From Octopus vulgaris (lineage: Eukaryota): a DNA stretch of 64,000 bases. The stretch is from the NCBI GenBank assembly GCA_951406725.2, contig OX597826.1, positions 56,420,001 to 56,484,000 of the forward strand, in the 5' to 3' direction. How positions within the stretch are numbered: the stretch's first letter is position 1; the number at the start of each line of letters is the position of its first letter. The position numbers and the translations under genes are program-made. The notes under the pieces were generated by a model that made no database searches, was not told where the DNA came from, and saw nothing but the letters and a program-made list of their open reading frames with translations. Shown here piece by piece: positions 12,499-25,039 of the stretch.

Positions 12499-12878
12499 AA
12501 GAGAGAGAAATGAGATAAAGAAGGAGAGAGGGAGAGAGAAACAGAGAGTATATACACAATACACATCATTGGTATTGTTCACTCCAGCTTTTGTTAGTAT
12601 GTTGCTGCTATGTTTTTCCAAAGAAACATTTACTGCCTCCACCACTACCACCACTACCACCATCACCACCACCATCGCCACCACTACAATCACCTCTGTG
12701 CAATAACATTAGTCCACTATGTTGCTTGTCCTCTAATTGATTGACCGAAATTTTCAAATTCTGCTTACTTTGACGAATATTAACAGAATGAAAACACTTT
12801 TATTAGTATTTCATTGTATGTATGTATGCTTGTATGAATATATATGTGTGTAAGTGCATGTGTATGTATACATGTATA

Positions 12879-12909
<31 letters not shown>

Positions 12910-14277
12910 GCATGTGTGTGTATATATATGTTTATGTATATATGTATATGTGTGTGTGTGTGTTTGTGTGTAGGTAGGTAAGTATTTATGTTTGTGTGTA
13001 TGTGTTTGTGTGATATATGTATACACATACATATACATATAGCTACATATAGCTACACATCTATATATAAATATATCATCATTATCAGCATTATCATTAT
13101 CATCATCGTCGTCATCGTCATTGTCGTCGTCGTTGTTGTCGTCATCATCATCATTCATCAGTCAATGTCTATGTGCATGGCTTAGACAGAATTTGTTGAG
13201 GTAGGTTCTCTACAGGTGGATGCCCTTCCTGTCTACAACCCTCCCCTGTTTCCAGGTAAGGTAATATTTTCTCGTAGCCCATTCATGTTTTTTCACAGGA
13301 GACTGGAAACAAATAACCTTGTTTGTATGTCAATGATATTGACTTACAATCATCAGATGGCATCGAGACAAGACTGTACACAAACATACATACATACATA
13401 CATACATACATACATACATACATACATACATACATACATACATACATACGTACATATATACTTGCGCCAGAATGAGGGCATTTGAATGTACCTGTGAATA
13501 TAATCGGCTGTACCGTTCGTCTCGGTTCAACCTCGTGAGGATTTTGCCGTTCGGTCCGACAAATTATATTCTGATGTACTCTACTGACGATTCGAAAATA
13601 CTTATGTAAGTAAAACTACATAATCTATTAACGATGAAACAATTATATAGAGTTAATCTATTTTTTTCGTTATTTTTCATTTGTCCTGCTCGCTTACATT
13701 CTTGGCGTGTTGAATTAATTCTTGAGAACAATTCTTTAGTGGCAGATTCCCTTTGCCGATCTATATCTAGCGTTAGAGTGACCACATAGTAGACTCTCTC
13801 TTATTGTTCTGTACATACATACATATATACATACATACATACATATATACATACATACATACACACACACATATATACATACATACATAAATACATACAT
13901 ACATACATACATGCATACATGCATACATACATACATACATACATACATACATACATACATACATACATACATACATACATAAATACATACATATATTAAA
14001 TTAAATAATGAGGTTAGAAATTGATATTAATCATCATCATCGTTTAACGTCCGCTTTCCATGCTAGCATGGGTTGGACGATTTGACTGAGGTCTGGCGAA
14101 CCAGATGGCTGCACCAGACTCCAATCTGATCTGGCAGAGTTTCTATAGCTGGATGCCCTTCCTAACGCCAACCACTCCGAGAGTGTAGTGGGTGCTTTCA
14201 CGTACCACCGGTACGAGGGCCAGTCGGGCCTAAACCAATCGTCTAGCATATTTTAAAAAATCCGAAGATTTAAAAAT

Positions 14278-14559
14278 TATATTACAATTAATTAGAGGAA
14301 TGACCACTGTAGTGGATTCCTAATATGCTAGAGATAGACGTCAAAAGGCCTTACCACGAAGAGTGTGTTCTCAAGAAAACTTTCAGCAAAAACGTCAGAA
14401 TGTAAAAATGAGCAAGACAAATGAAAATATACAAAATAAAACGATTACCTACGTATTATGATTTTTTTCTTGAGAACATATTCTTCGTGGTAAGGCGATT
14501 TGATGTCTATCTTTAGCATATAGGAATCCACTTTAGTGGTCATTCCTCTTATTAATTGT

Positions 14560-14565
<6 letters not shown>
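14278..14565. mobile_element. MITE with about 98-bp terminal inverted repeats, TA-flanked
   Basis: 14282-14379 is the imperfect reverse complement of 14465-14561, with an about 85-bp spacer. Confidence 0.8.
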
Positions 14566-14615
<50 letters not shown>

Positions 14616-14933
14616 TACATGTGTATGTGTGTGCATATTGTTGTTGTTTGTTCTTTATTGAGCCATGCCAGGCTCATAAGGGCCGGTTTCTCAGTTTCAT
14701 TGGTTTATAAGTTCTCCACCTGGATGGGACACCGGTCCGTCGCAGGTGAGCTGCTAGATATGGGAGGAAAGAGCGAGAGAATATCTATATTCAATTAGAG
14801 GTTAGAATAGCCTCGTTAAGGGATTGTAATATCAAATGAATTACTGGTTCATTGCCTATTATTTTTCTGTGAATAATAATGTTCATGAAATAATAGGTGT
14901 AAATATAAATCTCGGTTTATAAGTATTCAAAAG

Positions 14934-15077
14934 AAAATTTAGAAAATGGAGATGCAGCTTGAATGTAATTTATTATCTGCAAAAATCCAACATATTCCCT
15001 TACAACAGTAAGGGAATATGTTGGATTTTTGCAGATAATAAATTATATTTATGTTGCATCTCCATTTTCTAAATTTT
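14934..15077. repeat. 70-bp-arm palindrome with 4-nt loop
   Basis: 14934-15003 pairs with 15008-15077, with about 4 non-Watson-Crick positions. Confidence 0.9.
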
Positions 15078-15126
<49 letters not shown>

Positions 15127-15173
15127 CATATATGCACATATACATATAGATACATACATATACATATATAATA

Positions 15174-15206
<33 letters not shown>

Positions 15207-16169
15207 TTATATGTATATATATATATATTTTTATATGTATATGTATGTATCTATATGTATATGTGTATATATGTATGTATATATATATATATATATGTAT
15301 GTATGCATAATATATATATATATGACCATCACTATCATCATCAACATCATGTAAAATCTATTTTCTATGCTGGCATGAGTTGGACAGGTTGCAGAGTGGC
15401 TTGCAAGTCAAAGACATCTCAGCTGAGAGAGGGAGAGGAACAGAAAGAAGTAGCTGTGTGCCAGGTGAGAGGCTGGAGTATAATAGAGGGTCAGAGATGG
15501 CTATCTTACTACAAGGAGGTACTTGGCTACCCTAGTAGGAGAAGGAAACAGTGGAATGTGTGAGATGGAAGGGAGGGAAAGAGAGAGAGAGAGAGTAGGG
15601 CAGAGGCACTCAGAGTGAGAGAGGGAGAGCCTACACCAGGGAAGATTGAGAACGGGAGAGTAAGTAACATAGAGGAGATGGAGGATATATTTAGGGATAG
15701 CAAGTGATGTTAAGAAAAAACTGGAGGTGTCTGCTTCAAAGTCACACAGATATGAACTGGGAAAGTTGATGTGTAACGGGGGTGGCTGAAGTGTTGGCCA
15801 GCACTGGCAGCCAGAACAACAGCCTAAGCAGCAATGTCACATCTACTGATAACAGCAGCAATGGTGGTGGCAGCAGCAATGTGTCAAGTAGCAGAAACAA
15901 CGATACCAACAGTTGCAATGGTAGCAGCAACACCAACATCACAGCCGGATATGGCTGCTACGTGGGCATCAACGGAACCACCAAGATTATGGTGCAAGCT
16001 TTGATTGGCAGAGAGAGCAAGAAGCCTAAATAACTCGCCTGCCTTGCGAACCTTTCTAAACTCCAGGAAAGAAGTAGTTTGTCAATGCCCATATCTAAAA
16101 CGTTTCCTACTACAAGCTTGGCATTCCCCATTCATTGAATAGATCTGAGCAGCATCGAACTACTGACGA

Positions 16170-16248
<79 letters not shown>

Positions 16249-16620
16249 TTGTGTATATATATATATGTATATATTTGTATGAATGTTTTTATATATCTAT
16301 ATAGTATCAGCTTGAGTCACCTCCATGTTCCATGGGCAAGGACTTTTGTCCCTTCATATGAAGCTGACATATCCTACATGCCCATGAAATTTCAAGTAAT
16401 GAGGAGCTGAGTCAAAATATTACAATTAAATACATGTAACAGCAACCAAATGTGCTGGGTTTAGAACTACTTCCTTTCATTTGTTCTCTCACTCACACCT
16501 ACACACACACACGTACGCACCCCCACTCTCACATATATATATATGCATATATATATATATATGTGTGTGTGTGTATATATATATATATGCATATACATAT
16601 ATGCATATATATATATATGC

Positions 16621-16658
<38 letters not shown>

Positions 16659-16694
16659 TATATATATATCATACATATATGCAATATATATATA

Positions 16695-16830
<136 letters not shown>

Positions 16831-17093
16831 TGCAGAATGAGATTGTATCTGTCTTGTTTTCACAACAACAACAGTATTATAATAATGGAACTTAAGGAAG
16901 AGCAAACAGGTGTTTTCATGGACAGGTGTGCAGCTGAATAATTGATCAATCCAATATGTACTGCCACGCCCACAGATGGTGCAGTGGTGCAGTTTTTGCA
17001 CTGACAATGTACATTTATATATTCTCTGTAAACTTTCTCTCTCTCATTCTCCCTTTCTCTCTCTCTCTCTGTCCCTGTCTCTGTCTGTCAGTC

Positions 17094-17127
<34 letters not shown>

Positions 17128-17267
17128 AATGACACACAGACGCCGTTATTCATTTTCATTTGCTTTTTTCTCAATATTTTTCTTTCTTTCCTCCTTTCTC
17201 TGTTTCTGTGTAAGCTGTATGCACATGTATGTGATTGTAATGTATGTGTGCAAATATATACATATAC

Positions 17268-17326
<59 letters not shown>

Positions 17327-17529
17327 GTGAGAGAGAGAGATGCATATGAATATACATACATATATACATGCAAACATACATACATATATAATACCTACAT
17401 GCATGCATACATACATATATACATACATATATACAGATATAGTGATATATAAATATATAGAGAGAGAGAGGGAGAGAGAGACAGAAAGTGAAGTGTATGT
17501 ATTTCTCTCTCTCTCTTTCACCCTGTCTT

Positions 17530-17570
<41 letters not shown>

Positions 17571-17678
17571 CACATGTTCCTAAATTAGTCACTCTCTTTT
17601 ACTTTGTCCATCTTTCATGAGTTTTCTTTTTGTCTCTCTTCCACGTTTTTATAACCTTTCTATCTTTCTGTTTCTCTG

Positions 17679-17719
<41 letters not shown>

Positions 17720-18664
17720 GTTTTTTCTCTCTCACCCTCTTTCTCCTTCACTCAGTCACAATACACACATACATAAACACAATAATTAGTCAGACTCACA
17801 CGGAAACGCACACACATACTCACATACACACACAAACACACATATATATATTTACATACACACACTTAAACTTCCTCTTGCATATAGCAAAAATATTTAA
17901 CCATATTCGAATGAAGGCAAAGGTGTGTGAGTATACCTACAGATCATTATTTGTGTATGCATGGGTGTTTGTATTTGTGTGTGTGGATTTGTACCTAAGC
18001 ATGTATGTGTGTGTGTATGTGTGTGTATGTGTGTGCATTATACAGATATATGCTTATGGTGGTAGTGATGGTGCTATTCATAGTAGTAGTGGTGGTAGCT
18101 ACAGCTGTGGCGGCAGTGGTGGTGGTGTGGTAGAGGAGGTGGTGGTTGTGGTGGTGATGGTGGTGGTGTGGTGGTGGTGGTGGTGGTGGTGGTGGTGGTG
18201 GTGGTGTTGCTGGTGGTGGTGGTGGTGGTGGTGGTGGTGGTGTTGGTGGTGGCAGCAGCAATGTGGTGGTGATGGTGGTGATGATGATGATGGTGGTGAT
18301 GATGATGATGGTGGTGGAGGTGGTGGTGGCGGTGGTGGTGGCAGCGGCATGGTGGTAGCGGTGATGGTGGTGGTGGTGATGGTGATGGCGGCATGGTGGT
18401 GGTGGTGGTGGTGGTGGTGGCTGTAGGCTTTGCTTATTAGTGTTTTGACTATGTGCTGTGGTTTGTTTATGTATGCTTATGTATGGATGCTAATGTGTAT
18501 TGATATCCCAGTGTGTGTGTGTGTACGTATGCATGTCTGCATTTGTGTATGTGCCTATGTGTGAATGTTTGTGTGTGGGTGTGTGTGTGTGTGTGAGTGT
18601 GTGTGTCCATCTGTACACGTCTAGATTAGTGTATGTCTATTTGACTGTGTCTTCATGCATATAT

Positions 18665-19935
18665 ACAGTGCGAGACGGCACTTCCATGTCTTGACAGTTT
18701 ATCATGAACAGGTAATGCCGCACGGAAGCACTGCCAAGCCAGGGATTTCTGGTAATTATCCAGGTACCCTGGCCCGAAAGTTCTCCTGAACAGGTCGATC
18801 AACTGATTTTCAAAGTAGCCCAGGTGTCTCCCCCAAGGCGTCTTCAGACATAATTTCCACTAAACCGCTATAAAAAATCCGCGGTGGAGCTCCTATTGCC
18901 GGCATTGCCCACCCAAGAGAGTAGCTGAAGTGCCTGATAGTCCCCCAGCCTAGGTCGCTGCTTGATCCAGTTACCAATGTCCGTTAAGGACGTTAACTGT
19001 GGAAGGTAGAATCGGACGTGCGGTGACCACACCTGCTCCCCATCCAGGTAAAGCCAGAGGTGCCTCACCTTAACGTGAGTTTTCGCATCCTCAGGCAAGG
19101 CATCCCTAGCCCACCTTTTAGCGGTTCCTGGCAGCAGACAGGGTGCTTCACAAGTGGCTTTCCTCTTTTCCACAAAAAGCGGAACAGGATTCTCTCCAAC
19201 TTGTTCATCCACAAATCGAGGCAAGGCACCACGGTCAGGTGGTAGGTGATAACCGACGCTATGAACATCTGCACCACCTCCGCCTTTCCTAGCAAGGACA
19301 ACGCCCGCCCAGACCAGGTCTGGGTTAGAGCAGTCACCTTGCCAGCCACCTCACTCCAATTTTTCTCTATCTGGAGGTCTGGCCCAAACCAGACTCCAAG
19401 CAGCTTAACAGAACCTTCCGTCCAATGCTCCTCGACGTTATTGGACGCCATCTGCTTGCCCATCCAGGAGACGCGAGTTCACTTTCCTATAGATCGAGCC
19501 AACGCTATCGATGCGTGCGTCAACAATAGCATTATAGTCTCCTAACACCACAAGTGTCTTCGAAGTCACGAAAAAGTTCTCTAGGCGCCGATAAAAATCA
19601 GTTTGAAGTCCTCTAGCACAAGGTGCATAGATTCCGATCAACCTAAAGGCCTTACTGCTGTATGTCACATCAAGGATGACCAGCCCACCTTCAGGGTCTA
19701 CATAGATTGTACTTGTCCGCAGAGCCAAGTCTTTCCGGACCAGTACTACTACACCTCCTCTCCCTCTGGTCAGGCTAGGAGACATGATTTTCTCATAGTC
19801 ATTCAGGAGGGGCGAGAAGACTTGTAGACTGTCCAACTTGCTCTCTGTAGCAACCATCACATGCATATCGTGAGGTCGTCGAGGAAACAAGCTTGCTTCC
19901 ATTTCGAGCTCAGACTACGCACATTCAAACACCCA
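18665..19935 (-). pseudogene. Tx1/L1-clade LINE ORF2 relic: APE endonuclease fused to post-RT region, RT deleted
   Basis: GCLNVRSL...VATESKLD...GGVVVLVRK...DPEGGLVILDV...FRLIGIYAP...LVVLGDYNAIVD (APE motifs), then VKLLGVWFG...WSGRALSLLGKAEVVQMF...FRFLWK...KGGLGMP (Tx1 C-terminal region). Frameshifts and stops present. Confidence 0.9.
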
Positions 19936-20360
19936 AGATGTCGGGGTGGAAATCCATGCCACCATCTCTTCAGTCCAATGGCCGGATAACTGAAGAGATG
20001 GCGGCGTGGATTTCCACCCTGACATCTGAAACTCGGAGTTTTATCATGGCTACCGAATAATTGCCACATATTACATATACATCATCATCATCATCATCAT
20101 TTAACGTCCGCTTTCCATGCTAGCATGGGTTGGACGGATATATATACAGATATATATATATATATCACCCACTACACTCTCGGAGTGGTTGGCGTTAGGA
20201 AGGGCATCCAGCTGTTGAAACACTGCCAGATCTGACTGACCTGGTGCAGCCTTCGGGCTCCCCAGACCCCAGTTGAACACCGTCCAACCCATGCTAGCAT
20301 GGAAAGCGGACGTTAAATGATGATGATGATGATATATGTGTGTGTGTATACACATACATA

Positions 20361-20394
<34 letters not shown>

Positions 20395-21161
20395 CATGTA
20401 TGTATGTATATATTTTCAAATTATGTAACAGAAACAACTATGCAGTAGAAACTTTATCAACATAGTATTCTAATGGTATGTATGTATTTGAAAAGCTAGA
20501 GCTGAGTGAAATTGCCTCAGAAGTGACCATGAGAGCAGCTGATATATATTTCACCATTGTTATTTGGAGCCTCTCCACATCATAAACTTAAGTCACTTCC
20601 AAAAAAGAAATCAAATCAGCTAATCTCAAGAATATAGAGATGGTGTATAAAATATACACTTGTTTGGAAAGGTGACATATAAACAGAGCAAAATTAAAGT
20701 TATGCAATAAAACCAAATTTGTAGTGAAGAATTTTATCAATATAACTTTCTTAGTGTATATATGTTTAGTTTGAAAAGCCAGAGACGGAAGTTATTGTCC
20801 AGGAAAAATCTTTTTATGCAAGTATTGTATGAAGAAACAAAGTCACCCCTGAAGTGACCATGAAAGAGTCAGCTGTGTATTTCTCTATTGTTGTGGCTTC
20901 TCAATGCCACGTACTTGAATCATTTCTGAAAAAAATATTGAATCAACCTCTGGCTTTTCAACAAGCCACATCATATGTTAATTTATACTGAGAATGTTTT
21001 TACTATAGAGCTGCTTCTTCTATTGCATAATTTGAATTTTGTTTTGCTTGTGTAACACCTTTGCAAATCAGTGTGTGGTTTATACAATATCTTGATATGC
21101 TTCAGACTAGTTGATTTGATTTCATTCTGTAAGTGACATGAATAAGTGGTGATAATGGGAG

Positions 21162-21388
21162 GTGGGTGAGCTGGCAGAACCATTAGCACGCTGGGCGAAA
21201 TGCGTAGCTGTATTTCATCTGCCGTTACGTTCTGAGTTCAAATTCCACCGAGGTCGACTTTGCCTTTCATCCTTTCGGGGTCGATAAATTAAGTACCAGT
21301 TACGCACTGGGGTGGATATAATCGACTTAATCCGTTTGTCTGTCCTTGTTTGTCTCCTCTGTGTGTAGCCCCTTGTGGGTAATAAAGA
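21162..21388 (+). mobile_element. Full-length SINE family M copy
   Basis: Head to tagccccttgtgggtaataaagaaa tail. Close copies at 41189-41424(-) and 53309-53541(+), diverged copies at 48240-48455, 57570-57725 and 61065-61497. Confidence 0.9.
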
Positions 21389-21859
21389 AACGGATAATGG
21401 GAGGTGGGGGTTTGCTGGTGGTGTTGTTATGTAATGGTGGTTTTGGTGGTAGTGGTCATGGTGTATACATGCATGTATGCAGATATGTATGCATGCTCTC
21501 AAACATGCATATACATTTGGAATATATAGGAATACACACACATAAACAACAATGAAATGTACACTTGTGTTCTATTGTGATACATACAGCCATAAATTCA
21601 AGTTTATACACATGCACACGCACCTCATGCACACATACATATCACATCAACCATTCTACATAACCACAAGCTCCAAAAGCATCTTGTCTTGAGTAAAAGA
21701 GCCCTTCCATTTCGTTTGTGACTGGCTTCATTTCTTCAAAAGGAAAAAAAAATCTTAAAATAAATCTGAAGGAAGTATACATGCACACATGCATATATAC
21801 ATACATACATAGTTACGTGTATTCATATACATATATATATATCAAACATCTGTCATAAT

Positions 21860-22030
21860 GATGGTGGTGGTTGTGGTGGTGGTTGTGGTGGTGGTGGTGG
21901 TGGTTGTGGTGGTGGTGGTGGTGGTGGTGGTGGTGGTGGTGGTGGTGGTGGTGGTGGTGGTTGTGGTGGTGGTTGTGGTGGTGATTGTGATGGTGGTGGT
22001 GGTGGTGGTGGTGGTGGTGGTGGTGGTGTT
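21860..22030. repeat. (GGT)n microsatellite
   Basis: Direct inspection. Similar tracts at 18055-18420, 61905-62055 and 63560-64000. Confidence 0.95.
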
Positions 22031-22240
22031 AGGAAGAGCACTGGCATTTCAAACGGTATCTTTGGTATTAGGAAGGGCATCTAGCCATAGAAATTATTCC
22101 AATGTTGAGATTAGAAACTCAAAAGCAAACTTGCTGCTCACCAGATCCTATCAAGCAATCCATTTCATGTCAGCATTGAAAATAGAACATTAAATAAGGG
22201 TGATGATGATATGATGGTGATGGTGATGGTGATAATGATG

Positions 22241-22308
<68 letters not shown>

Positions 22309-22316
22309 TATGTATG

Positions 22317-22348
<32 letters not shown>

Positions 22349-23384
22349 TGTATATATATATATATGTATGTATATGTATGTATGCATGTATGTATATATA
22401 TATATGTATGTATATGTATGTATGTATATATATATGTATGTATATGTATGTATGTATGTAATGTGTGTGCGTATGTATGTATGTATGTATGTATGTATGT
22501 ATGTACGTGTGTGTGTGTGTATGTATGTATGTATGTATGTAATGTATCTATGTGTGTATGTATGTATGTATGTATTCATTTATGTACATATATAATTACT
22601 GCCTGTAGTTTCATCTGTGCCATGGCATCACAATAATATCCAGAAATTTGGTCACAATGATCTTCTGCAGATTTACGTCATATCTGTTGAGGCAAAGGAC
22701 CATATGATGGCAGTGTGTCATATGAAGTGTGATATCACCAAAGCTTTGAAGTATATGTGTATCTCTACATACATGCATACATACATACATACAGAGCTAC
22801 ACACATACGTGCACATATATACATATATATATATATATACATATATACATAGACACGCTCATGTATGCACACACACACGTATATATATTTACACATATAC
22901 ACACATATATATATAGACATATATATTTATCTATTTTAATACATCACTAAATGAACAATTATAGATATGCAAGAATGATGAAAGAGAGAAATGAAATGGC
23001 TTTGACAACTCATTTTAACATATCTGTGTGTGCGCATGTGTGTGTGCGTGTGTGTGTGTGTACACCATTCCAATATAATAATGGTATTATCAATTAATGT
23101 TCGTATCAATTACTTTGATAAAGAGCCGATAGTAAATATCTAATGTCTCTTAAGCTGACTATTCTAGCTAGTTTCTAGAGTCAGTAAGTTTATTTGTACA
23201 CACTTCACACACACATATATCTACATGTGCGTACATACACATACAATACATATACTCACACGCACACATACACAACACACACAAATGTATATAAATATAT
23301 GTATTTATAGATAGATAGATAGATCAGTGCACATATATACATACAAACGTATATATATATATACACACACATACATATATATAA

Positions 23385-23428
<44 letters not shown>

Positions 23429-23660
23429 GTTGGCATTGGTGTGTGGATAAGAAAATTGCTTTTTGATACATAATTCTGGATTCAGTCACACTGAAGTGTT
23501 TTACTTTTGCCCTGGGCTAACCAATACATGTGAGTGGATTTGGTAGATGGAAAATGTGTAGAAGCCTGTTGTGTTTGTGTGTGTGTGTTTGTGTGTATAC
23601 AATTGTCAATTGTGGAACACTACATGAACCTGATGATTGCATAATGCATGAAAGTACTAG

Positions 23661-23753
<93 letters not shown>

Positions 23754-24080
23754 TATATATATATATATATATATATATAATCAAAATAAAAGATATCCAG
23801 AGGTAATGCAGTACGATTATTTCATGCGACTCTATTTAATTGAACACTGCAAACATTACATCAATTTAAAATGTAGAGCAATCTTCAGCTGCATAAAAAT
23901 ATAGAATTTAGTTAAATTCGAAGGATTCATTATTCAGAAGTAATCAGTGATAAGCAGCGTCTTCTTTGAAAAAAATCTCAGTTACAGCTGTGATGTTGTT
24001 GATAAAACATTGTTCTTTATCTATCTACTTATACTCTTGGTGATTTTGGATAAAAAGAAAATTATACAAATGAGTCCTTC

Positions 24081-24257
24081 AAAACAAGGGCTGTGACTGC
24101 TGAGGATATGCGTAAGCTTGCAAGGAATGAAGCCAGTATGATCCAATGCATGTGTAATGTCAGTGTACATACTCGACAGAGTGTAAGTACTTTGAGAGAA
24201 AAGTTGGACCTAAGAAGCATCAGATGTGGTGTGCAAGAGAGATGACTGCACTAGTGG
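24081..24257 (+). pseudogene. RTE-clade LINE C-terminal fragment
   Basis: AVTAEDMRKLARNEASMIQCMCNVSVHTRQSVSTLREKLDLRSIRCGVQER*LH*, resembling the RTE (ETW)...EMRMLRWMCGV...RLRWFG region. Confidence 0.8.
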
Positions 24258-24480
24258 TTTTGTCTTTTTATCTTCTCTCCTGGTGCTTTATGAACCATTA
24301 ATGTGGTTTTAGAGTCAAGTTTTGGCTGCTATTCAAGCGTGGTGGTATCTCTTGGATACCCTAAATTATAATTTTAATAATAATTGTTACTTTTGAAGGT
24401 TTTTATTCCAATGCTGGCCACTTGATAAGTTCGATATTTAAATAACAATCTTATCCTTATTTATATATATAATTATATAT

Positions 24481-24780
24481 GCCGTTCGATTCACTTCAAC
24501 ATTTAAGTTTAATTTGTCAAAATATTTTTGTCACTTTAAGACCGCGACCTGTTCACTGACAAAAATTCGAGATGCAGCACGCATTTTTGTCAGTGAACAG
24601 GTCGCGGTCTTAAAGCGACGAAAATATTTTGACAAATTAAACTTAAATGTTTAAGTGAATCGAACGGCTTTTGTGTGTTTCTTAAATGGCTTACAAACAC
24701 CTTCCATGCTGCAATTGTTTTCATTTCAGCACACGATCTCGGATCAAATCACTTGCTATGCAAGTACATCTCCGTAATTA
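24481..24780 (+). mobile_element. Probable Penelope-like terminal-repeat relic with inverted partial copy
   Basis: 86-bp inverted arms (24481-24566 / 24583-24668, 3 mismatches). The right arm continues about 110 bp, both ends abut TA runs, and it contains a minimal hammerhead-like motif. The Penelope assignment is an inference. Confidence 0.6.
24586..24636 (+). ncRNA. Minimal type-I hammerhead ribozyme-like motif, G3-C8 variant
   Basis: tttgtca-GTGAACA-g-gtcgc(ggtcttaaa)gcgac-GAAA-atat-TT-tgacaaa: 7-bp stem I, 5-bp stem II, palindromic AAUAUU in place of stem III. Confidence 0.6.
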
Positions 24781-25039
24781 TATATGTATATACAGTAATC
24801 CCTTGCTATATTGTGGTTCACTTATCACGCACTCACTACATCATGGATTTTTCTGGTTAATATATATAAATTTATATTGTGAGCTCCTCAGTATGTCATG
24901 GGTTTCTGCAGCTGATAGGTATCTATATTTTTTAGATTTTAATTCTATCTGTGGTAAAATAAGTATTTTCATGCCTAAAATTTAATAAATATAAATAGAG
25001 TACAGTACTGCGCTATATAACATATTAATTAAAATATAT

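Noticed and set aside
3098-13590. Multi-exon minus-strand gene model linking islands at 13.5k, 11.9k, 10.3k and 3.2k
   Set aside because: Phases can be made compatible, but several splice sites are weak and the product resembles nothing recognisable. Kept only as separate candidates.
17617-18426. 269-aa ORF
   Set aside because: Concatenated CT, CA, TG and GGT microsatellites.
21162-21260. tRNA gene
   Set aside because: A/B-box-like motifs belong to multi-copy SINE heads, and no complete cloverleaf was seen.
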